From positions 1 through 64,000 of the IMG/VR virus record IMGVR_UViG_3300042923_000474: DNA of 64,000 nt; one strand, written 5' to 3'. The notes beneath the pieces are model-generated. The model did no database searches. It was not told the DNA's origin and saw only the letters and a list, made by a program, of their open reading frames with translations. Positions 55,821-64,000 of the stretch are shown here, piece after piece. The first letter of the stretch is position 1, and each line of letters opens with the position of its first letter. The position numbers and the translations under genes were made by a program.

Positions 55821-56345
55821 ATGTTCGGAGGTCGAGACTACCAACCGGGGGCGATTAACCTTATCGCTGTACCTCGGTGGCTCGACTTGGCTTTTAAATC
55901 GAAGGGAGTGACGGTCGAGCAAGCCATCGGGCTCGATCCTCAACTGGGATTCACTGACTGTCGCAGTACGCAGTTCGTTGCGCCTATAGTGTCATCCCAA
56001 GAGGTTGACTTTCACAACACTGTCACGTGGGGATTGGCCGATTACCTATTCCCTGAGCCTAAGCAACGAGGCAACCGTGACGAACTATATGCGAAACTTG
56101 TGCGCGATTGGCACGGGGTTCCTCTTGTAAAAGGGCTGAAGGTTAACCTCCACCCTATTATCTTGGGGAGCAATCTCATTGGTCTGTACCACGTCGAGGA
56201 AGAACCCGGTGTGACCGATACAGATTTATATGGGCGTATTCTGCGATGCGCACATACCTTGGCTTATAGCAAAATCGGTGTCGGTGCTTTCGGCTGCGAC
56301 TTGATTAAGGATGTGTTGTACGAGATTTCGCTGGGTCAGCAATGA
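55821..56345 (+). CDS. Conserved hypothetical protein upstream of the MCP gene (phiKZ gp119 position)
   Basis: Open frame from ATG 55821; exact start is uncertain (no upstream SD). Confidence 0.65.
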   Translation: MFGGRDYQPGAINLIAVPRWLDLAFKSKGVTVEQAIGLDPQLGFTDCRSTQFVAPIVSSQEVDFHNTVTWGLADYLFPEPKQRGNRDELYAKLVRDWHGVPLVKGLKVNLHPIILGSNLIGLYHVEEEPGVTDTDLYGRILRCAHTLAYSKIGVGAFGCDLIKDVLYEISLGQQ

Positions 56346-56472
56346 TCTGGCACAAGGATCTGTAACGACGGCTCGCCCGTAGTAACAGGTATCATATAGC
56401 GAACGTATTTCAACGGGTCGCTTCGTTAGTCGACTAACACAAACGCAGCATCCAGTAACTGGAGAGTCATAC

Positions 56473-58794
56473 ATGAACGTGTTTTCTTTGGCAGGTGGTG
56501 CTCAGGCTCCCCTGGACACCTTGGTGGCGAGCCTCAACGCAAGCTTCAAGAACCGCAAGTCCGAGTTCGGCGACCACATGATCAAAGGTATGGTCATGGC
56601 TGTCGAAGGCCTTGACGATACCACTCAGGCCAACCTGCGCGCGTCGCTGGGCAGCCTGAAAACCATGATCGTTGAATCGTTCTCCGAAGTCGAGAACAAC
56701 CTCAACCTCGGCCACCTGGGCGACGTTGAAGCGAAAGATGCCAACGGCACCACCATCAAGTCGGATACCGCCGGCCTGAACGAAAACCAACTGCGCGCTG
56801 CTACCGCCGTCGCAATGGCTTTCAGCGATCCTGAAGCTTACGCTTTGGCCGCGACCAACACCGCTACTCCAAGCGGCGCTCAAGCTGTTACCATGGCCTC
56901 TGAAGGCCTGGGTGGTCAGCTGCAGCACTTCAGCAAATCCGTCATGGCCCAGGAAGCGTTCTCTGAACAACCTCTGCGCCAAATGATGGGCTGGTCCGTG
57001 ACCCTCGCTGCTGCCAACGCCCGTCAAGACGCGTTCGCCGAAGCCTGGTTCCCGACCACCGTTCTGACTCCGGCCGACGCCGGTCTGACTCTGTCCATCG
57101 CCCGCTCCATGATCGTCAACACTCCGATCCACGAGCTGAACGGTGCACCGAACAACCTGAACCGCGTCAACCTGATCGATGCTGCTCGTAACCCAGAAAT
57201 CCTGGAAGACGAAAGCACCCGCATCATCCCGGTTGTTCCTCAGGACACCAACAGCCCGATCCGTGACTTCCTGATCGCCGACTTCGGCATCCAGAACGTC
57301 GACATCGATGGCTTCAAGGTTCCAACCGCTCCGCTGAAGTTCGGCGCTGTTGGCTTGATCAACGTCTCCACTCCTTCGCACCTGGCTCAGGCTGGCGTGA
57401 TGGATCTGACCGACGCCATCGGCCAGGGCGCTCGTCTGGAATACCTCGTTGGTAAACTGGGCGACGACTACCTGCGTATCAACGTGCGCAACCTGGCGAC
57501 CTCGGGCTTCCTGCCTGCTCAAGAAGGTGAAGCGCCTCGTCAAGTCCTGAGCTTCGTTGCTCAAGATCTGCCGATCCACGCTGGCACCCGCACCGTTTCC
57601 GGCGCCGTCATCGACTGGCCGGAAGTTGTGAACAACGAACTGACCATCCGCTACGCGGTTGACGTCACTGGTTCGTTGGACCTGCAAACCACCGAAGCTC
57701 GTGTCAACGGTGCCATCATCGGCATCAGCGCTGTCCTGGACAAGGATGGTAACGAGATCTCGCTGGAAGACGGCATCGGCAAAACCGTTGCTGACAAGTT
57801 CAAGGCGGACTTCAAGCTGGAAGGCTGGTACCCATTCGCCGTGCGTACCAACGAAAACCGTCGTCAGCTCGGCAAACTGCTGGACGTGCTGGAACAGCGC
57901 TACTGCTACGGCATCCCGCTGACCGCACCGATCTCGGTTCCGGCTCCTGTTGGCTCCAACAAGCCAGCTCAGAACCTGGAAGCTCTGATCTCCGCTCAGC
58001 GCCGCCGTTGCTCGAACGCTGCGATCACCACCCTGATCAACCACGCTGGTCTGCTCGCAGACTACATGGCTGGTAAGCGCCGTAAAGGCACCATGCCTCA
58101 GCTGGGTTCGATCGGTCGTCTGGTCGTGCATCCGTTCTACGAGAAGCGTGTTATCGACGCCGCCGCTGCCGTGCAAACCCTGCGCGACAACGACAAAGCG
58201 CTCGACATCGCTGCGCTGCTCACCAACACCATCAAGGATCTGGCAGCCGACATGCTGATCCAGTCGGCATACCCTGCCGCGCTGGAAGCTTCGCTGACTG
58301 GTTCCAAGTCGGTGAAACTGCTGGTTGGTACCGACATCAAAATCGGTCAGCACCTGCAAGTGGTTGGTGATCTGCGTACCTTCGGTCCGATGTTCAGCAA
58401 CATGACCGTTGTGACCACCCTGAACAAGAAGATGGACAACCGCGTCTTCCTGACGCTGACCCGCGACAGCGAGTCGAATGTCCCTGACGTACTTCAGTTC
58501 GGCTGGCACGCGTTCATGCCTGAGCTGGTTTCCGTTGTTCAGGTTACCCGTCACGGCAACACCCGTCAGGAAGCAACTGTGCAATCGCGTTACCTGCACA
58601 TTTGCAACCTGCCAATCCTGGCCGAAATCGAAGTGAAGAACCTGTCTCAGGCTCTCTACAACAAATCGGCCATGCGCGTCGAGCTTACTCAGGAGTCGGA
58701 GTTTCCCGTTGTCCCTGGCGACGGTACTGACCCAGACGCAGGTGGTACTGCCGGCGGTGCTGGTACTGGCAGCGGCACCCAACCAGGCGCCTAA
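56473..58794 (+). CDS. Major capsid protein (phiKZ gp120-like)
   Basis: 773 aa with extreme codon bias; propeptide ending near ASE/AQE|AFSEQ; synteny DnaB - small gene - MCP - nvRNAP beta. Confidence 0.9.
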   Translation: MNVFSLAGGAQAPLDTLVASLNASFKNRKSEFGDHMIKGMVMAVEGLDDTTQANLRASLGSLKTMIVESFSEVENNLNLGHLGDVEAKDANGTTIKSDTAGLNENQLRAATAVAMAFSDPEAYALAATNTATPSGAQAVTMASEGLGGQLQHFSKSVMAQEAFSEQPLRQMMGWSVTLAAANARQDAFAEAWFPTTVLTPADAGLTLSIARSMIVNTPIHELNGAPNNLNRVNLIDAARNPEILEDESTRIIPVVPQDTNSPIRDFLIADFGIQNVDIDGFKVPTAPLKFGAVGLINVSTPSHLAQAGVMDLTDAIGQGARLEYLVGKLGDDYLRINVRNLATSGFLPAQEGEAPRQVLSFVAQDLPIHAGTRTVSGAVIDWPEVVNNELTIRYAVDVTGSLDLQTTEARVNGAIIGISAVLDKDGNEISLEDGIGKTVADKFKADFKLEGWYPFAVRTNENRRQLGKLLDVLEQRYCYGIPLTAPISVPAPVGSNKPAQNLEALISAQRRRCSNAAITTLINHAGLLADYMAGKRRKGTMPQLGSIGRLVVHPFYEKRVIDAAAAVQTLRDNDKALDIAALLTNTIKDLAADMLIQSAYPAALEASLTGSKSVKLLVGTDIKIGQHLQVVGDLRTFGPMFSNMTVVTTLNKKMDNRVFLTLTRDSESNVPDVLQFGWHAFMPELVSVVQVTRHGNTRQEATVQSRYLHICNLPILAEIEVKNLSQALYNKSAMRVELTQESEFPVVPGDGTDPDAGGTAGGAGTGSGTQPGA

Positions 58795-58820
58795 TCCGTA
58801 AGGGTTGGTAACTGGCTAAA

Positions 58821-58858
58821 CATAGAGGCCAGCCTTCGGGCTGGCTTTTATGCCGTCG
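58821..58858. terminator. Bidirectional terminator after MCP
   Basis: CATAGAGGCCAGCC-TTCG-GGCTGGCTTTTATG followed by CCGTC. Confidence 0.88.
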
Positions 58859-58860
58859 TT

Positions 58861-58989
58861 TCATTTCTGCTTGACCTTACCTTCCACAGCTTCCTTGAGC
58901 AGAACCTTATCCAGCGAGTAGTTAGTGGCAGCACGACGCTGTTGCTTGTAGATTGCCATGCAGTCGATTTGATGAAAAGCAGGTTTCAT
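58861..58989 (-). CDS. Unannotated 42-aa protein MKPAFHQIDCMAIYKQQRRAATNYSLDKVLLKEAVEGKVKQK
   Basis: Perfect AGGAGG SD; stop abuts the bidirectional terminator; below the ORF-track size cutoff. Confidence 0.7.
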   Translation of the reverse strand: MKPAFHQIDCMAIYKQQRRAATNYSLDKVLLKEAVEGKVKQK

Positions 58990-59016
58990 AATAGCCTCCT
59001 AGTTTAAACGAAATAC

Positions 59017-59038
59017 AAACCTAAATTATCAATGTGAG
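59017..59038 (+). promoter_or_regulatory. Putative early promoter motif, copy 5
   Basis: AAACCTAAATTATCAATGTGAG, upstream of the operon containing nvRNAP beta-N. Confidence 0.65.
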
Positions 59039-59192
59039 CCTACTGTCAATAGCGGCCCTATTGAAAGTCTGTTCAAGCGGTATGCGTAACCCCCGACGCC
59101 ATATCTGACCCATTGACTGGGAGTAGTGCAAATGGAAGTTGGTTTAAAGGCCAGCTCGATCCGATACCATCTGCCGGCACCGGAGCAGTTCA

Positions 59193-60338
59193 ATGACACT
59201 AACCATCAGTGTCCCGGACAGGATTATCGAGGAGATCCCAATTGCAGAGATGGAATGGTTTAACGATCAGTCCATCATGTTTGATCACATGCCGACCATG
59301 GAAACAACCGTGACGTGCATGAACTACACACACCGAGATGTGTGGGTTGCGGAACGCTCTGGAGCGGTGAGCAAGACCAGCCCCAAGAGTAACTCAGGAT
59401 CTAACTGTTTCTGCATCAAGATATCTCGAAGACGGTCGGCTTCTACACAGACAGAGTTTGAACTCTACGACATGGTAGAAGACGGGACTGGGAAAATAAA
59501 GACAAGCAGTGGCCTGTCTGCGATGTCGAGGTCCTATCAGATCTCGAATAATCGCATGCACGGAATGCATACGTGTCACGAAATAATCTTCACTATCCCC
59601 ATGCAAAAGATTCAATCGCATGGTGGATCTGTTTATCATCCCGAGACCGACATGGTGCTAGCGCTTAGCCGGGACCATGCTGTACATCCAGGCTCGCCAC
59701 AATCGAGACTGAGATCCCTGCATCGATCTAGAGGGGATGACTTCACTGTATTGCCAGATGACGGTCCTGAGCTTAAGGAACTCAAGACGATACTGGGAAT
59801 GCGCCGAGGGTCCGATATGGCGAGAGTCATGATCGGGATAATTGATAGCGAGCGCAAGTACGGAGATAAGTATGTCAACCTCCTAGGGACGCCTCACTTA
59901 GTGAAGGCGACGGTGAGTGACAAACTACTCGATGGTGTGTACGTTGTACGGGACGAGAAGGTCAATGAGGCAGGCCGTTCTTCAAAGGCAACTATCACGC
60001 ACTATTCATTCGAGGACGTTGGCACTTCTGGCATTAAGCTTTTTAACTCCAGCAATGACGCCCTTACCTACGGTGACCCTGAGAGAGCAGCTGAGAGAAA
60101 GGCTGAAGAACTCAAGGCCCAAAACTTGGTTCTGAAACAACAGCTGGATCATCAGCAAACTCAGAGCAAGCTGACCATTACCCAGGTCTCCGACAAGATT
60201 GACAAGGAGGCCGTGGCTCGCAAAGACTACTATGAGGAACGATCCCACAGGCGGAAAGATTCTTCGGAGGATATGAAATACGTCTATGCGGGGCTGGCTG
60301 GGTTCCTAGGTTTGATCGCCTTATTCCTTAAGAAGTAA
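59193..60338 (+). CDS. Conserved protein with coiled coil and C-terminal membrane anchor
   Basis: GGAG SD; ERKAEELKAQNLVLKQQL coiled coil; ends YVYAGLAGFLGLIALFLKK. Confidence 0.75.
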   Translation: MTLTISVPDRIIEEIPIAEMEWFNDQSIMFDHMPTMETTVTCMNYTHRDVWVAERSGAVSKTSPKSNSGSNCFCIKISRRRSASTQTEFELYDMVEDGTGKIKTSSGLSAMSRSYQISNNRMHGMHTCHEIIFTIPMQKIQSHGGSVYHPETDMVLALSRDHAVHPGSPQSRLRSLHRSRGDDFTVLPDDGPELKELKTILGMRRGSDMARVMIGIIDSERKYGDKYVNLLGTPHLVKATVSDKLLDGVYVVRDEKVNEAGRSSKATITHYSFEDVGTSGIKLFNSSNDALTYGDPERAAERKAEELKAQNLVLKQQLDHQQTQSKLTITQVSDKIDKEAVARKDYYEERSHRRKDSSEDMKYVYAGLAGFLGLIALFLKK

Positions 60339-60356
60339 CACAGGGGAGTTGTCTGG

Positions 60357-61976
60357 ATGAACGCACAAATGTTGGCAATCATGGCGAAGGAGACTCCGCC
60401 GATCAACCCCGACATTGCCAATGGCATCGCAACAGTTCAAGTCAAGACGGCTGAGTCGTACATTGACCGAGACCTGCGTGCTTGTTCGGAGCAGTTACCG
60501 GAAGGTATCAGCTACGATGGTTATCGCCGCTGCACCCCGATGGAAGAGTACAAGACTCTCCATCAGAAGAAAGAAAAGAACTATGTCGAACTCTCCCGCA
60601 CGAGCATGTATCTGATTGATACACTGTTCAGTCTGCACGGCAGACCGCTGGAGAATCGTCCCATGTATATGCCGTTTGTAGGCGACGCTGGCATTATGTG
60701 GATCAGGGGCACGCCGTATGTGGTGAACCCTGTGATTGGCGATGTGGCTGTGAGCGTCACTCGTGGTGGTCTGTTCGCATGGCTGGGCCTGACCAAGGTT
60801 CAGTTCTACCGGATGAACTACCACTTCTACGCCGATGGGAAAACTCAAGGTGCGTCCGTGGCGCACTCTAACCTGTATCACCGCAGTACCAAGTCCAAAG
60901 CGACCAAGGTTGGCAAGAACAGCCTGCGCTCCACGCTTGCGCATTACATGCTGTGCCGGATGGGGTTAACTGAACTGCTCGTCAAACACTTCAAGTGTGC
61001 TGACGTACGGATTGGTGACAAAGACCTCATCAACCACGATCACCTCGATCCTGATGAATGGCTGATCTGCTCCAGTGGCGGCCAAGGTGGTCACATGCGT
61101 CGTCCTGCGGACTATGTCCCTAGCCGACTGGCGATTGCGATTCCTCGCAACGCTGTGACTGCCGATCAGATCGATGCGATCTGCGGGGTGTTCTATGTGG
61201 TGGACACCTACCCTGACCAAGCGACGCCTCAGTATGTGGAGAATCCGCACATGTGGCAGCGCCTGATGGGCCGTATCATCTTCGGTGACACCATGAACGA
61301 AGGTGAGCGAATGATCTTGCTGCGTGAGCACTTGATCTCCATCGACGGTTATGTGAACTACCAATCGCGACGTACCCTCCATCAAGGTGGGATCATGGTG
61401 GAAAACATCCATGACTTCTTTGCCTGGGTTGTGCGTGAGTTGCCAGTGTTGATCGCCAGTGCGCCTACGGAAGTAGCTTCGCTGTACGGTAAACGTCTGA
61501 TGACTGTGCGGTACCTGCTCAAGGACATTAGCCGGTCCATCTACCTGCTCATGTTCCGATTGCGCGCTCAGTACAACAAACGAGGGCGCCTGAGTGAGAA
61601 AGAGATTCGCGACGCCATGCGTAAAGGCTTACTGCGTGACCGCATCACTGTAGTCAACGTAGGACATGCCGAGGTGTCAACGGTTTCCTCACCGGGTGAC
61701 AACAAGATCTTTAAGATCACGAGTACGGCTGTACTTCAGGAAAACACCGACAGTCCTAAAGGCAAGGGCGGTGGCGGTAGTTTGAATGACCCAAGCAAGT
61801 TCATCCACGTCTCGGTCATCGAGTTCTGCTCCTATTGCGCAATGCGTAAGAACGAGCCGACTGGTCGTGGTAACTTGGGCACTCACGCTATCACCAATGA
61901 ACGTGGTGACCTGATTCGCAACCCCAAGTACATCAACCTCATGGAACATACGCAGCATCTTCTGACGCGCATGTAA
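60357..61976 (+). CDS. rpoB: Non-virion RNA polymerase beta N-terminal subunit (phiKZ gp123-like)
   Basis: RPMYMPFV...GIMWIRGTPYVVNP resembles the RpoB IP.MT..G.F.ING region; HVSVIEFCSY...EPTGRG; synteny after MCP. Confidence 0.8.
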   Translation: MNAQMLAIMAKETPPINPDIANGIATVQVKTAESYIDRDLRACSEQLPEGISYDGYRRCTPMEEYKTLHQKKEKNYVELSRTSMYLIDTLFSLHGRPLENRPMYMPFVGDAGIMWIRGTPYVVNPVIGDVAVSVTRGGLFAWLGLTKVQFYRMNYHFYADGKTQGASVAHSNLYHRSTKSKATKVGKNSLRSTLAHYMLCRMGLTELLVKHFKCADVRIGDKDLINHDHLDPDEWLICSSGGQGGHMRRPADYVPSRLAIAIPRNAVTADQIDAICGVFYVVDTYPDQATPQYVENPHMWQRLMGRIIFGDTMNEGERMILLREHLISIDGYVNYQSRRTLHQGGIMVENIHDFFAWVVRELPVLIASAPTEVASLYGKRLMTVRYLLKDISRSIYLLMFRLRAQYNKRGRLSEKEIRDAMRKGLLRDRITVVNVGHAEVSTVSSPGDNKIFKITSTAVLQENTDSPKGKGGGGSLNDPSKFIHVSVIEFCSYCAMRKNEPTGRGNLGTHAITNERGDLIRNPKYINLMEHTQHLLTRM

Positions 61977-62002
61977 CCAACTTCAGTTAAAAGGACACAA
62001 CC

Positions 62003-64000
62003 ATGCATTACAACGGCGGAGGTCTGCCCTTCCCTGCAGATAGCCTGATCAACGGTAACTGGATCAGCGACCCGATGAATGCTCAACTACCTGTTCCCCA
62101 AAAGCAGGTATTCGCCCAATATCCACAAGTTCAGTGGGTGCTGGGATTTACCGCAGCATTGTTGGTTACGGCATTGCAAGACAAATCGCGTGGCGGTCCT
62201 GTGTCGACATTCGCGTACAACCTGTTCTCCAGCAACGGTTACAACAACCAGTTCTGGCTGACCATCGTGGACGAAGCTTCTGACTTCGCGCTGGCTCAGT
62301 TGCAGGCATCACCTCAGCACAATGCTCAGCAGGTGGTGGCGGGTGCAGTGAACTTCTACTCTGACTACGCGGCCGCTGCTTGCGTGCTCAAGTGGCCTGA
62401 TCTGCAACGCTGGCTTCAACCAGACCAGCTGGCACGCTGCCAGCAGGCAATCAACCAGTGGCATGCGGCGAACGGCCATCAGGCTGCAGCGCCCATTCCA
62501 AGCAACACGGCGAACTACGCAACGGCGAACGTGGGTGCAGGTATCACAACCCCGAGCGCCAGTTCCTTTGCGTACAACGTCCAACCCCTCGAAGCTTCTT
62601 CTAAGTACGGTGGTCGTCCGAAAGTAAAACCGGATGCCCGTCGCTTGCAAGGAGAACCTACTGACGATCTGAAGGATCTGGGCGTGACTGAAGTCGATAG
62701 CATCGGTAAGCAGCAACAGCCAACACCTACGCAGTTGCAGCAACCCGCTATGGCCTCGGCTGGCGGTGCAGCACCTGTCGTGCGTCGTCGTCCACGTCCT
62801 ACGCCGCTCGCGGCTGAAGCGATCGTGGTGACTGACAACGCCGGTCAACCTATCCAGCCGAACATTCAGCCTCAACAAGCTGAACGTCCACCGCAGGACA
62901 TCCCTCGTGAAGCTCCGCAGGAATTCCTGCCGATGGATCAGGGCATTCCTTCTCTGGACGTGTTGGGCGTGGATGAAAGCGAGTGGGGCGAAATCCCTGC
63001 CTCGCACACCGGTGGCGCTGCTGCGGTAGTTGACAACGATACCCCGCCGGACGATTACGCGATTCACACCAGTGGTCGTTTCCTGATCCGTCCAAAGCAC
63101 AATGACGTGGTTCTGCCTAGCACCTTGGAAGACGCTCAGCTGGAAGAAGAAGACGACCTGGAAATCATTCAGATCTCTTCCCTGCCAGTCGAAGGCGACT
63201 ACTCGGCGCTGGAACTGGAAGATGGCAACGTTGCCGTTGTGGTTGCTCACGACGACACCGGCCGTACTTGGACGGTTGCTCAACCGCACAACTTCCCGTA
63301 CAGCCCACTCACCCACATCCGCTACCTCGTGCACGTCGACGACGATCTCAAGTACGAGGCATTCATGCCGCGAGACCCAGACGTGGAATACGAAGACCTG
63401 GAATTCGATGCGGCCAAACGCATCTCGGCGCGTCAACTGCGTCTGTCGGACAAGACCATCCTGGCTGACCTGTCGGTCATCACCGAGATCGTCCCTGCGG
63501 GTGCTCCGTACACGCTCATCGGTGCTACCGAAGATCTGGTGCGTGCATCTCAATCGGCCGACCAAGGCGCTGCACTGGAAGCTGTAGAACGTTTCCAAGG
63601 CAAGCTGACGTGGTTCGAAGGTACGCTGGAAGAAACCGCCCTGCACAAGGCGCTGTACCGTGTGGACAGTTTCTTCGATCAGGTCAAGGCGCGCAATGCG
63701 GTTATCGTGGCCTACGCCAGCGACACAGTGTCGTTCGTGGCTCACGGCATGGGTACCAAGATCAAAGAACTCAACACGGCACAACACAATCAGCGGCTGG
63801 CTAAACTGCTGCTGTTCGTTCGTGATCTGGAAACCGTGGTGCCACGAGCATTCGTGTACCTCAATGACTGGATGACGCGTGAAGTCAACCGTGTCCTGCA
63901 ATACGAAACGGGGCTCGCTGAGTACACCGTGACTGACTTCGCCCAGGATTACTTCGAACTCATCGAGATGGTTGAGGCGGAGAAGGGCGAACTGGCGGCC
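62003..64000 (+). CDS. Large conserved protein (partial, runs off window)
   Basis: AAGGA SD before ATG 62003 (MHYNGGGLPFP...). Biased codons; no in-frame stop noticed in the parts I translated; absent from the ORF track, presumably because it lacks a stop. Confidence 0.8.
   Translation, partial: MHYNGGGLPFPADSLINGNWISDPMNAQLPVPQKQVFAQYPQVQWVLGFTAALLVTALQDKSRGGPVSTFAYNLFSSNGYNNQFWLTIVDEASDFALAQLQASPQHNAQQVVAGAVNFYSDYAAAACVLKWPDLQRWLQPDQLARCQQAINQWHAANGHQAAAPIPSNTANYATANVGAGITTPSASSFAYNVQPLEASSKYGGRPKVKPDARRLQGEPTDDLKDLGVTEVDSIGKQQQPTPTQLQQPAMASAGGAAPVVRRRPRPTPLAAEAIVVTDNAGQPIQPNIQPQQAERPPQDIPREAPQEFLPMDQGIPSLDVLGVDESEWGEIPASHTGGAAAVVDNDTPPDDYAIHTSGRFLIRPKHNDVVLPSTLEDAQLEEEDDLEIIQISSLPVEGDYSALELEDGNVAVVVAHDDTGRTWTVAQPHNFPYSPLTHIRYLVHVDDDLKYEAFMPRDPDVEYEDLEFDAAKRISARQLRLSDKTILADLSVITEIVPAGAPYTLIGATEDLVRASQSADQGAALEAVERFQGKLTWFEGTLEETALHKALYRVDSFFDQVKARNAVIVAYASDTVSFVAHGMGTKIKELNTAQHNQRLAKLLLFVRDLETVVPRAFVYLNDWMTREVNRVLQYETGLAEYTVTDFAQDYFELIEMVEAEKGELAA

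Noticed and set aside
59143-59149. Slippery T TTA AAG in the leader uORF
   Set aside because: The -1 frame hits TGA and is not the frame of 59193.
1-64000. CRISPR arrays, tRNAs, introns, inteins, homing endonucleases, integrase, stop-codon recoding
   Set aside because: None seen by eye. There are no spaced direct repeats, the RNAP, helicase and polymerase genes are continuous and of expected size, and all three stop codons terminate genes normally. tRNAscan/Infernal were not run.

Overview
A 64-kb segment of a nucleus-forming, phiKZ-like jumbo phage (Chimalliviridae-type), moderately GC-rich and almost fully coding. It holds the conserved core in the usual order. First come chimallin (ChmA), four non-virion RNA polymerase subunits plus the sigma-like fifth subunit, probable ChmC and PicA/Imp1, an SbcD-like nuclease and an SF2 helicase. 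These are followed by a virion RNAP beta' piece, one half of a split family-B DNA polymerase, a head/ejection-protein cluster, baseplate/neck genes, a DnaB-like helicase and the major capsid protein. I found no tRNA, CRISPR array, integrase, intron or intein. phiKZ gp equivalences rest on motifs plus remembered synteny, not on database searches. Main unexplained signals: (1) a probable programmed -1 frameshift (T TTT TTC, 28258-28264) that fuses a Zn-finger protein to a start-less downstream ORF; (2) a ~140-nt multi-stem RNA element directly after chmA; (3) a 1246-aa apparent polyprotein of three 'protease site + hydrophobic helix' modules; (4) a 22-bp motif in five copies upstream of early/nucleus genes; (5) a conserved GCATA/TATGC motif flanking terminator hairpins; (6) two candidate starts for ChmA; (7) several unannotated micro-ORFs.
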